A stretch of 32,000 bases of DNA, taken from assembly GCF_000940845.1 (NCBI RefSeq), contig NZ_CP010341.1, forward strand, positions 840,001-872,000, written 5' to 3'. The position numbers and the translations under genes were made by a program. The notes under the pieces are model-generated. The model searched no databases and was not told the origin of the DNA. It saw only the letters and a list, made by a program, of their open reading frames with translations. The DNA comes from Propionibacterium freudenreichii subsp. freudenreichii (GTDB lineage: Bacteria > Actinomycetota > Actinomycetes > Propionibacteriales > Propionibacteriaceae). Below, in pieces: positions 9,989 through 18,405 of the stretch (its first letter is position 1; each line of letters opens with the position of its first letter).

Positions 9989-11901
9989 TTCGCGACTCCC
10001 AAGATATCAAGGGTGGAGGACAGGGTGTCGACGACATCCATGCCCATAAACAGGCGTCCGTCGATCAGCTTCTCGGCCTCGGCGGCGTCATCACCGAACT
10101 CCTTGAAGGCGCCCGACAGGTACAGGGCCTTTGCGCCGGCGGCCTTGAGTGCCTTGGCGACCTCAAGTCCCTGCTGCGCGTAGACCTTGGCGGACGAGCA
10201 GAGGTCGGCCACCTGGGCGCCCGACTTCTTGAATGCCTCGACGATCTCGGCGGTGGTGCCGCCTTCGACCTGCGGGGTGTCGATGCCGGCGATGTGCCAC
10301 ACCGGGCTCGAGAAGCCCTCGCGGCCACCGAAGTCGCGACGGGTGCCCAAGCAGGCCAGGAACACCTTGGGGCGCTCGGAGACGCTGGTGGAGCGATCCA
10401 TCAGCTGCTCGAACACCTCGGAGTCGCGATGCCAGGCCAGGCCCTTGCGCGCCGGAGCGGCGGGGAACGGCTTGGTCTCGATGCTGCGGGCCCCGATCAT
10501 CGGGAACTCGCTGACCGCGGTGATCGGCTGCTTGCGGTTGGCCAGGCGCTTGGCGCGCTCGGCATTGCAGGCGTCGAGCACCTTGGTGACGTGCTCGGTC
10601 ATGACGGCCTTCGACATGCCACCGAGCTTCTCGACCTCCTGGAATTCCTTCCAGGCGGCGTCGGCCAGGCTGCGGGTGAGCGACTCGACGTAGTAGGAGC
10701 CACCGGCCGGGTCGTTGACGCGGCCGATGTTCACCTCTTCGGCGAGCACGATGCCCGTGTTGCGCGCGATGCGCAGCGGGAAGTCGTCCTCCGGCAGGCC
10801 GAGGGCCTGGGTGAAGGGCAGCGTCGTGATCGACTCGGCCCCACCAACGGAGGCGGAGAAGGTGGCAATCGAACCGCGAAGGATGTTGACATAGGGGTCT
10901 TCGCGCGTGAGCTCACGCCAGCTGGTGATCGCATTCTGGCGGGCGCCGCGCTTGTCCTCGTCCACGCCGAAGACCTCGCCGATGCGGGCCCATGCCTCGC
11001 GCAGGGCGCGAAGACGGGCGATCGTGAGGAACTGGTCGTGGGTGGCGGTGACACGGAAGTTGATCGTGTCGAAGGCCTCGGTGGCGGTGAAGCCCTGCTC
11101 GACCAGGGCGCGCACGTACTCCGCGCCGGTGGCCAGTGCCCAGGCGAGCTCTGCCACGTCGCCGGCACCGGCGTTGTGGTAGATGTTCGCGTCGATCGTG
11201 ACGGCGCGCGAGTCCGGCGAGAACTTCGCCAGGCGGCGCACCCAGTCACCGAGCACGGTCAGATCCGGCTCGGTGCCCTGCAGGGCTGCGAAGCCGATGG
11301 GATCCAGGCCCAGGTTGAGGGCCAGGTCCTTCGCCGGCTTGTCGGAGCGCTCGTAGACGCTCACCAGGGCCTCGGCGGCGGCACCCTGGTCGTAGCGGCT
11401 GAAGACCTCCACCTTGGTCATTTCCAGCAGGACGTCGGAGAGGACCTCGTCGAGGTGCTCGGGTGCGATCGCGTCGGGATCAACGCGCAGCAACAGGGAG
11501 GTGACGCCACGCTCCAGGCCTTCGAGGATCGCCTTGCGGGTGAACTTCTCGTCGGGATCCTCGTGCAGGGCGCGCACGTCCCAGGCATCCATGTCGCCGT
11601 TGCGCACCGTGGTGCCGCGGGTGAAGGGGGTGACGCCGGGGTAACCCAGCTTCTTCGGCGCGTCCTTCGGACGGTACATCGGCACGATGTCGATGCCATC
11701 GACGGTGTGAACCGTCAGGCGCTTCAGACACTCGGCGAAGGTCAGCTGCTTCTCCGGTGGACGACCACGGTTGAATACCTTCTCAACTTCGCGCTCCCAC
11801 TGCTCCTCAGTGGCCTTGGGGAAATCCCCGGCCAGACTGAGTGTGGTGGGAGTGAGGTCGTCAGTGTCGGCGGGGTTGGTCCCCTGATCCGTGCTGCTCA
11901 T
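9985..11901 (-). CDS. mutA: methylmalonyl-CoA mutase small (beta) subunit
   Basis: 638 aa from ATG11901 ([16 protein letters not shown]...), preceded by AGGAGCAGGAG. The ORF-track start at 11994 adds 31 non-conserved residues. From memory this matches P. shermanii MutA. Confidence 0.95.
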   Translation of the reverse strand: MSSTDQGTNPADTDDLTPTTLSLAGDFPKATEEQWEREVEKVFNRGRPPEKQLTFAECLKRLTVHTVDGIDIVPMYRPKDAPKKLGYPGVTPFTRGTTVRNGDMDAWDVRALHEDPDEKFTRKAILEGLERGVTSLLLRVDPDAIAPEHLDEVLSDVLLEMTKVEVFSRYDQGAAAEALVSVYERSDKPAKDLALNLGLDPIGFAALQGTEPDLTVLGDWVRRLAKFSPDSRAVTIDANIYHNAGAGDVAELAWALATGAEYVRALVEQGFTATEAFDTINFRVTATHDQFLTIARLRALREAWARIGEVFGVDEDKRGARQNAITSWRELTREDPYVNILRGSIATFSASVGGAESITTLPFTQALGLPEDDFPLRIARNTGIVLAEEVNIGRVNDPAGGSYYVESLTRSLADAAWKEFQEVEKLGGMSKAVMTEHVTKVLDACNAERAKRLANRKQPITAVSEFPMIGARSIETKPFPAAPARKGLAWHRDSEVFEQLMDRSTSVSERPKVFLACLGTRRDFGGREGFSSPVWHIAGIDTPQVEGGTTAEIVEAFKKSGAQVADLCSSAKVYAQQGLEVAKALKAAGAKALYLSGAFKEFGDDAAEAEKLIDGRLFMGMDVVDTLSSTLDILGVAK

Positions 11902-12555
11902 GCGACTCCTGCTCCTGAAAGGGTCAAGGCACCCCGAGGGGTGCCGGTAACTGATTGCCGGGCGATGCGATGCCGGGCATGCCATGCGGGGCATGGCACC
12001 ACCAACAGCGCGACCGGGTCCTCGTGGGCGGCGATCAGGCCGTCCGGGGTCGGGGACCCACGGTGCCCGGGGGCTGCGCCGCAGTGGCAGGGGAGCGAGG
12101 CGTTAACCTCGCGCTGCGTGGGGGCGTGCTTGCGGGCCACGTTGCCGACAATGTGATTCACAGGTGCTCCTCGGCATCTGAAATCGTCCCCGAATGCCAA
12201 ACACGGCCCTCCCGGGCCGGATCGGACATCTGGAAACGCGAGGGCGTCAACAGATGTTGTCGCTGCTGGCAGGTCTTCGGACTCATGGGCATTGCGAGAT
12301 CACTCCCGACTTCCTCCACTACTACTTCCCAGGCGTTGCCGCCCAGTGCCTTACGTTGTGTCGTTCCCATTGACCGCTGCGGGACAGTTCCGGAATTACA
12401 CCGGATTCCCTCTTGCGACGACTGCCGTGGGGCAGCCGAACCAGCACTACTAGCCTACACAAGTTCCGCCTCGGGCGGACAGGCCCTCACTCACTCGCGC
12501 GCGCTCGCGCGTGGGCGCGCCCGGGTGCGCGCGAGGTCGGGCGCAGACGCTCCCG

Positions 12556-12700
12556 GGCACCGGATGATCGATGTGGAAGACTGAGCGCGGCAACGAGCGC
12601 GAGGAATGCCGGTGACCGGGGGCCATGGCCGCCCGGGAGTCCGCGACGGTCCCGCCACTGTGAGCCGGTGAAGCCGGCGAGTCAGACACTCCGCCGGTGC
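12556..12700 (+). promoter_or_regulatory. cobalamin (B12) riboswitch candidate in the cbiL leader
   Basis: GAGGAATGCCGGTGA, then the near-invariant core GGTCCCGCCACTGTGA (12648-12663). A GCCGG-TGAAG-CCGGC hairpin follows, then a B12-box-like GAGTCAGACACTCCGCC (12679-12695). The RBS GAGGAGG (12725-12731) and ATG12736 of cbiL lie about 30 nt downstream. The 5' boundary is approximate. Confidence 0.65.
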
Positions 12701-12735
12701 CGCTGACCATTGGGCGAGGTACCTGAGGAGGCCAC

Positions 12736-13509
12736 ATGGCTGACCATGACGTGCACGAGGACGACGAGCGCCGGCTGATCGGCGTGGGCGTTGGCCCGGG
12801 CGATCCGGAACTTGTGACGCTGAAGGCATTGCGTGCCCTGCGGGCTGCTGATGTCATCCTGGTGCCGGCCACCGAGCGGTCATCGGCCAGCGGGCCGGGC
12901 CGGGCCGAGAAGATCGTGCTCGACGTGGCCCCCGAGGTCGCCGAGCGCATCGTGCGGGTGCCGTTCTCGATGGCGCAGCGTCGTGGTGTCGGTCCGAAGC
13001 GCAGTGGCAGCTGGCAGGCCAGCGCCCGGGCTGCCCTCGACGCCTTCGAGGGCGGGGCCCGTGCCGTGGTGCTGGCCACCGTGGGCGATCCGAGCGTGTA
13101 CTCCACCTTCAGCTACCTGCGCGGCACCGTCGCCGAGGCGCTTGCCGACATCGCCTTCGAGGTGATCCCGGGCATCACCGCCATGCAGGCCATCTCGGCG
13201 GCCAGCGACCTGCCCCTGGTGGAGGGACGCGAGATCCTGGCGCTGGTGCCGGCCACGGTGGGTCCGGAGCGCCTTGACGCCGTGCTCGACGTCGCCGATT
13301 CGGTGACCATCTACAAGGGCGGACGCACCCTGCCGCAGGTGATCGCCCAGTTGAACGCCCACGATCGCAACTCGGTGGTGGGCACCGACGTCTCCCTGCC
13401 CACCCAGAGCCTCGTCGATGCCGACGAGCTGTCCGCCGACGAGACCCTGCCTTATTTCTCCACCATCCTGTCGGTGCCGAAGCGCAAGTCCACCGGGGGA
13501 GCCCTGTGA
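12736..13509 (+). CDS. cbiL: cobalt-factor II / precorrin-2 C20-methyltransferase
   Basis: The class III SAM methyltransferase N-terminus LIGVGVGPGDPELVTLKALRAL, GDPSVYSTF, and length and context all fit CbiL/CobI. Confidence 0.88.
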   Translation: MADHDVHEDDERRLIGVGVGPGDPELVTLKALRALRAADVILVPATERSSASGPGRAEKIVLDVAPEVAERIVRVPFSMAQRRGVGPKRSGSWQASARAALDAFEGGARAVVLATVGDPSVYSTFSYLRGTVAEALADIAFEVIPGITAMQAISAASDLPLVEGREILALVPATVGPERLDAVLDVADSVTIYKGGRTLPQVIAQLNAHDRNSVVGTDVSLPTQSLVDADELSADETLPYFSTILSVPKRKSTGGAL

Positions 13510-14498
13510 GCCGGCGCGACGAAGGAGACCAGAAGACCATGAGCGATACCCGCTCGCACGAGCCCGACCCCGCTGCCGGGAACGAGGCGGCCCCGTTGCG
13601 CGGCAAGGTCGTGTTCGTGGGTGCGGGCCCCGGTGCCGCTGACCTGATCAGCGTGCGGGGTGCCCACGTCATCGCGCAGGCCGACATCATCATCTGGGCA
13701 TCCAGCTTGGTGCTGCCCGACGTGGTGGCCGACCACAAGCCGGGCGCCGAACTGGTCGATTCGGCGGCACTGTCGCTGGAGGACCTCGAGCCGCTGCTGA
13801 CCCGTGCCCATGACGAGGACCTGCTGGTTGCCCGCGTGCACACCGGCGATCCCTCGATCTACGGCGCCACCGCCGAGCAGCGCGACCTGTGTCGCAGCCT
13901 CGACCTGGCGTTCGAGACGGTGCCGGGCATCTCGGCCTTCTCCGCGGCCGCCGCCCGGATGAACGTCGAGTTGACGGTGCCCGAGGTGAGCCAGTCGATC
14001 ACCATCACGCGCCTGGAGGGCGGCCGTACGCCGATGCCCGAGGGGGAGACCATCGCCTCCTTCGCGGCCCACGGCGCCACCATGGCCGTCTACCTGTCGG
14101 CGGCGCGCAATCGTGCGCTCCAGGAGGCGCTGATCGAGGGCGGCTATGCACCCGCGACTCCGTGCATCATCGGGTTCGAGGTCACCTGGCCCGGCGAGAT
14201 GATGCTGCGCTGCCGCCTCGACGAGCTGTCCGACACCATGCGCGAACACAAGCTGTGGAAGCACACCATCGTGCTCGTGGGTCCGGCGCTGGCCGAGGGC
14301 CCCATTGCCACGCGCAGCCACCTGTACCACCCCGGATTCCGCCACGAATACCGCGACGCCGAGCCGCAGGCCAGCAAGGAGCTGAGGGAACACGGTGCCC
14401 TCGGCATCAATGCGGACAGTTCCAAGGCCATCAACCAACACGGCGCCGGCAACGACACCACCGGGGCACACCGATCGACAGAAGGCGAGCAGGCATGA
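13506..14498 (+). CDS. cbiF: cobalt-precorrin-4 C11-methyltransferase
   Basis: VVFVGAGPGAADLISVRG, HTGDPSIYGA and VPGISAFSAAAA. GTG13506 is in a GTGA overlap with the cbiL stop (alternative ATG13539). A non-conserved C-terminal tail of about 60 aa follows. Confidence 0.88.
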   Translation: MSRRDEGDQKTMSDTRSHEPDPAAGNEAAPLRGKVVFVGAGPGAADLISVRGAHVIAQADIIIWASSLVLPDVVADHKPGAELVDSAALSLEDLEPLLTRAHDEDLLVARVHTGDPSIYGATAEQRDLCRSLDLAFETVPGISAFSAAAARMNVELTVPEVSQSITITRLEGGRTPMPEGETIASFAAHGATMAVYLSAARNRALQEALIEGGYAPATPCIIGFEVTWPGEMMLRCRLDELSDTMREHKLWKHTIVLVGPALAEGPIATRSHLYHPGFRHEYRDAEPQASKELREHGALGINADSSKAINQHGAGNDTTGAHRSTEGEQA

Positions 14499-17140
14499 TT
14501 CGCGTACATGGTTTCCTCGGCGGCATCAGTGAGGCCCTGCGCGCCGATCTGGCGACTGCCGACCTGGTGGTCGGTGGGCGCCGTCAGCTTGACGACGCCG
14601 GCGTGCTCGCCGCCCAGCGGGTCGAGCTGGGCGCCCTGGCCCCGGCCATCGAGCGCTTGAAGGCCCTGGATGACGACAAGCTGGCGGTGGTGATCGCGTC
14701 CGGTGACCCGGGATTCTTCGGCATCCTGCGTCCGCTGCGCCGTGCCGGCCTGCACTGCGAGGTGGTGCCCACCATCACCTCACTGCAGGCCGCCTTCGCG
14801 GCCGTGGCCCTGCCCTGGGACGATGCCCAACTGGTGAGCGCCCACTCGGGCGGCATCGAGGCAGCGATCCGCATCGCCGGGGTGCATCCGAAGGTCGGCG
14901 TGCTCACCGCCCCCGGCAAGGGACTCGCCCAACTGGTGGCAGCCCTTCGCGGCCGCGACAAGCACTTCGTGGTCGCCGAGCGACTCGGCGAGGCCGACGA
15001 GCGCGTCCGCGTGTTCGACGAGGCTGCTGCCCTGACCGTGGACGAGGATGACCTGGCCAGCCCCTATGTGGTGCTCATCCTCGACGCCGCCCCCGAGTCC
15101 GCCGAGGCAGTGGGCCACAGCCCGCAGCTGGCCGGCGACCCGAATGCCCCGGGCCCCGATGATCCCAAGCCGGCAAGCAATACCCGTGCCGACGGCTCGG
15201 ACCGCGCCCCGATCATCGGCCAGGTGGTCAACACCACCCGCGCCCGTCACCAGGCCGACCAGATCGACCAGGCCCTCGGCGTCGAGTCGAAGCGCTACGA
15301 CGGCCCCGCCTCGGCAGGCCTGGTGGCCGCCTGGGGCGAATGCGACCTGATCGTCTCCCACCTGGCACTGGGCGCCACCACGCGCCTCATCGCGCCACTG
15401 CTGGCCGACAAGCACACCGACCCCGGCGTCGTCGTGGTCGATGAGGCAGGACACTTCGCGGTGCCGCTGGTGGGCGGCCACATCGGGGGAGCCAATGAGC
15501 TGGCCCGCCGCATCGGCGAGGCGCTGGACGCCACCGCCGTGGTCTCGACGGCCACCGACTCGCTGGGCATCCCGGCGCTCGACCAGCTCGGCTGGGCGGT
15601 CAGCGGCGACGTCGCCGGTGTCACCGCCGCCATCATCGACGGCGCCCCGGTCTCGGTGCTGCGCGAGCACCTGTGGCCGATGCCGCCCCTGCCGGGCAAT
15701 GTCCTGGTGCCCGCCCCCGGCGAGCCGGCCGCACCCGGAACCGTGGGGCGCGTCGTGGTCACCGACCGCGCCGCGCCAACAGCAGGCGGCGCATCAGACG
15801 ACCAGCTGCCCACGGTGGTCCTGCATCCCGACAGCCTGGTCGTCGGCATGGGCTGCAACAAGGGCACGTCGGTGGAGGCGCTGCGCGAGCTGCTTGACGC
15901 GACGCTGGCCGGTGCCGGCCTGGCGAAGGAATCCATCGCGGCGCTGGTCAGCGTCGATGCGAAGGCCGGCGAGCTGGGCTTGATCAAGCTGGCCGACGAG
16001 CTGGGCGTGCCCTATGTCACCTATCCCGCCGATCAGCTCGCCGAGCAGGACGCGCCGAACCCCTCGGCCGTCGTGGAACGCGAGATCGGGAGCGGCTCCG
16101 TGTCGGAGGCCAGTGTGCTGGCCCGCGGTGCCGAGTTGATCGTCGAGAAGCACAAGAGCACTGAGGCCACCTGCGCCATCGGACGCATCCCTGCGCGCGG
16201 TCGCCTGCACGTGGTCGGTCTTGGCCCCGGTTCGCGTGACCTGCTCACCCCGCGCGCCGCCAATGTGGTGCGTCATGCCAACCTGGTGGTCGGCTATGGA
16301 CCCTATGTGCGTCAGGTGCGCGACCTGGTCAGTCCCCATGCCGAGGTGATGGCCACCAAGATGGGCACCGAGGAGCAGCGCACCCGCGCGGCCATTGACG
16401 CCGCCCGCTCCGGGCTGGATGTGGCCTTCCTGTCGGGCGGTGACCCGGCGATCTATGCGATGGCCAGCCCCACCCTCGAGATGGGCACCGACGGGGTCGA
16501 CGTCGACATCGTGCCGGGGGTCACCGCCGAGCTGGCGGCCTCCGCGATCCTGGGGGCACCGCTCGGCCACGACCACGCCACCATCAGCCTGTCCGACCTG
16601 CACACCGACTGGGATCTCATCCTCAAGCGGGTGCGGGCCGCGGCACAGGGCGATTTCGTGATCACGCTGTACAACCCGCGCTCCCGCTCGCGCATCCACC
16701 AACTGCCCGATGCCCTGGCGATCATTGCCGAATACCGCGGCCCGGATACCCCTGTCGCCTCGGTGTCGCAGGCGGAGCGGCCGCAACAGCATGTGCACAT
16801 GTCGTCGCTGGCCGACTTCCAGCCCGAATGGGTCGACATGAACACCATCGTGATCGTCGGCTCCGACACCACCACCTTCGCCACCAGCGGTGAGGGGCGT
16901 CGCATCATCGTGACGCCGCGCGACTACCACTGGATGGACGGCGCGGTGAGCGGCCACAAGCGGCTCAACTACCCGCACGGCAGCCGCCCCCGTGTGTCGC
17001 GTGCCGAGTTCAAGGGGCAGGCCGCCCCGCAGGCCGACGCCGCGCAGCCCCAGTCCGCCCTGCCCCAGGTCACCCAGTCCCGGACCACGGCTGCCCAGCC
17101 CGGCTCCGATGTCCCCACCCAGGAGGATTCCCATGACTGA
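14495..17140 (+). CDS. tri-domain fusion: CbiE-like methyltransferase + CbiG + CbiH/CobJ C17-methyltransferase
   Basis: ATG14495 is in an ATGA overlap with the cbiF stop, giving 881 aa. Domains: CbiE-like to ~15095 (ASGDPGFFGI), Pro/Ala linker, CbiG ~15204-16190 (HLALGATTRLIAPLL, VGGHIGGANELA, LVVGMGCNKG). CbiH starts at ~16195 (LHVVGLGPGSRDLLTPRA, SGGDPAIYAM, VPGVTAELAA) and is followed by a Gln/Ala/Pro tail. Confidence 0.85.
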   Translation: MIRVHGFLGGISEALRADLATADLVVGGRRQLDDAGVLAAQRVELGALAPAIERLKALDDDKLAVVIASGDPGFFGILRPLRRAGLHCEVVPTITSLQAAFAAVALPWDDAQLVSAHSGGIEAAIRIAGVHPKVGVLTAPGKGLAQLVAALRGRDKHFVVAERLGEADERVRVFDEAAALTVDEDDLASPYVVLILDAAPESAEAVGHSPQLAGDPNAPGPDDPKPASNTRADGSDRAPIIGQVVNTTRARHQADQIDQALGVESKRYDGPASAGLVAAWGECDLIVSHLALGATTRLIAPLLADKHTDPGVVVVDEAGHFAVPLVGGHIGGANELARRIGEALDATAVVSTATDSLGIPALDQLGWAVSGDVAGVTAAIIDGAPVSVLREHLWPMPPLPGNVLVPAPGEPAAPGTVGRVVVTDRAAPTAGGASDDQLPTVVLHPDSLVVGMGCNKGTSVEALRELLDATLAGAGLAKESIAALVSVDAKAGELGLIKLADELGVPYVTYPADQLAEQDAPNPSAVVEREIGSGSVSEASVLARGAELIVEKHKSTEATCAIGRIPARGRLHVVGLGPGSRDLLTPRAANVVRHANLVVGYGPYVRQVRDLVSPHAEVMATKMGTEEQRTRAAIDAARSGLDVAFLSGGDPAIYAMASPTLEMGTDGVDVDIVPGVTAELAASAILGAPLGHDHATISLSDLHTDWDLILKRVRAAAQGDFVITLYNPRSRSRIHQLPDALAIIAEYRGPDTPVASVSQAERPQQHVHMSSLADFQPEWVDMNTIVIVGSDTTTFATSGEGRRIIVTPRDYHWMDGAVSGHKRLNYPHGSRPRVSRAEFKGQAAPQADAAQPQSALPQVTQSRTTAAQPGSDVPTQEDSHD

Positions 17141-18374
17141 TCTCGTCCCACTGGTCATTGCCGCGCACGGCACCCGTGACGCACAGGGCCTGGCCCAGAC
17201 ACGCGCCTTCGCCGACGAGGTGCGGGCGGCCCTGCCCGGGGTGCACGTGGAGCTCGGTTTCGTCGAACTGGCGGAACCTGACGTGGCCGGTGCCGTGCAC
17301 AATGCACTGGCCCACATCCCCCACGCCGTACCCTCCGACGAGCCCGAGTTGGTGGTGCTGCCGCTCATGCTCAACACGGGCGGACACGTCAACAGTGACA
17401 TCCCCGAGTTCATCGAGGCCGGACGCGACGGCCACCGGGTGTCCTACGGCGGACCCCTCCTGCCCGATCCGCGTGTGCGCCAGGTGCTCGAGAAGCGCAT
17501 CAATACGGCGCTCGCGCCTGCCGATGGCCCGGCGTGGCGCGCCGACGACACCAGCCTGGTGCTGGTGGGGCGCGGTGCCCTCACCACGCGGGCCAACGCG
17601 GAGCACTACCGCCTCACCCGCTATGTCGGCGAGGAGGTCGGCTTCGCCGGTGCCTTCCCGTCGTTCATCCAGGTGGTGCGCCCCTCCGTGCCCGAGGCGC
17701 TCACGATGGCCGTCGACGCCGGTGCCACGCAGATCCTCGTCGGCCCCAACTTCTTGTTCCGCGGGCGCCTGCGCACCTGGCTGTCCGAGCAGGTGGACGC
17801 GTGGCTGGAAACCCATCCGGGCATCGAGGTGCGCATCAGCGATGTATTGGGGCCCAGCCCCCTGATCGCCGAGGTCTTCGCCGACCGCTATCGCGAACAG
17901 GTCGGCGAACCCGGCAACGGCGATGGCGCCCCCGTCTACCTGTCGGGCCTGCGCCTGGCCGGACGCAGGGTGCTGGTGGTCGGTGCCGGGCATGTGGCCG
18001 AGCGACGCATCCCGCGCCTGCTGGAGGCCGGCGCCCGGGTGCGCGTCGTGGCCCCCAACGCGGGTATCCGGGTGGCCCGGTTGGCCGAGCAAGGGCGCGT
18101 CGACTGGCAACAGCGCGGCTTCACCGACTCTGACGTCGACGAGGCATGGTTCGTGCTGGCTGCCTCGAATGATCCCGAGGTGAACGCCCGGGTCTCGGCG
18201 GAGGCCGAGCGCCAGCGGGTGTTCTGCGTGCGCTCCGACAAGTCGTCCGACGGCACTGCGTACACACCGGCCACCGAGGAGGCCGGCGGAATCACCGTGG
18301 CCGTGGTGGGCCATCGCAATCCCCGCCGCAGCGTGCGGGTGCGCGACGAGCTCCTCAAGGCGCTCCAGGTCTAA
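17133..18374 (+). CDS. fusion of a two-lobed CbiX-type sirohydrochlorin cobaltochelatase with a SirC/Met8-like precorrin-2 dehydrogenase domain
   Basis: ATG17133 overlaps the upstream stop by 8 nt (ATGACTGA). CbiX lobes are LVIAAHGTRDAQG and LVLVGRGALTTRA. From ~17935 there is a Rossmann GRRVLVVGAGHVAERRIPRLLEAGARVRVVAP typical of the CysG N-terminal/SirC domain. Confidence 0.8.
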   Translation: MTDLVPLVIAAHGTRDAQGLAQTRAFADEVRAALPGVHVELGFVELAEPDVAGAVHNALAHIPHAVPSDEPELVVLPLMLNTGGHVNSDIPEFIEAGRDGHRVSYGGPLLPDPRVRQVLEKRINTALAPADGPAWRADDTSLVLVGRGALTTRANAEHYRLTRYVGEEVGFAGAFPSFIQVVRPSVPEALTMAVDAGATQILVGPNFLFRGRLRTWLSEQVDAWLETHPGIEVRISDVLGPSPLIAEVFADRYREQVGEPGNGDGAPVYLSGLRLAGRRVLVVGAGHVAERRIPRLLEAGARVRVVAPNAGIRVARLAEQGRVDWQQRGFTDSDVDEAWFVLAASNDPEVNARVSAEAERQRVFCVRSDKSSDGTAYTPATEEAGGITVAVVGHRNPRRSVRVRDELLKALQV

Positions 18375-18405
18375 GTGGCGCCGCCCCCGGCGGGCACGGG
18401 CCCGG

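Noticed and set aside
9922-12156. Second 744-aa plus-strand ORF of the same length
   Set aside because: It is antisense to mutA and its leader. There is no recognisable domain, the composition is the same artefact, and the equal length is coincidence.
11955-12584. 209-aa plus ORF and overlapping 70-100-aa minus ORFs in the mutA/cbiL intergenic region
   Set aside because: There are no domain-like motifs. The tested 12158-12370 ORF has only 46 of 70 G/C third positions, well below the bias seen in real genes here. The region is better explained as leaders, promoters and the riboswitch.
13889-14494. 5' extension of the long ORF (track start 13889), which would give a 1083-aa protein
   Set aside because: This portion overlaps cbiF in another frame and translates to Arg/Pro/Gly-rich nonsense. 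The CbiE-like sequence begins at ATG14495, which is in an ATGA overlap with the cbiF stop.
16992-17132. N-terminal extension of the cbiX-fusion ORF
   Set aside because: It overlaps the CbiH tail in another frame and is Pro/Ser/Arg-rich. CbiX homology starts at MTDLVPLVIAAHG (ATG17133).
15794-17413. 539-aa minus-strand ORF
   Set aside because: It is antisense to the CbiG/CbiH part of the fusion gene and to the cbiX start. It is low-complexity Gly/Arg/Ala sequence, the high-GC antisense artefact.
18378-18391. Short hairpin CGCCG-CCCC-CGGCG between the convergent cbiX-fusion and cbiD stops
   Set aside because: It has only a 5-bp stem in very GC-rich DNA and no U-tract, so it is too weak to call a terminator.
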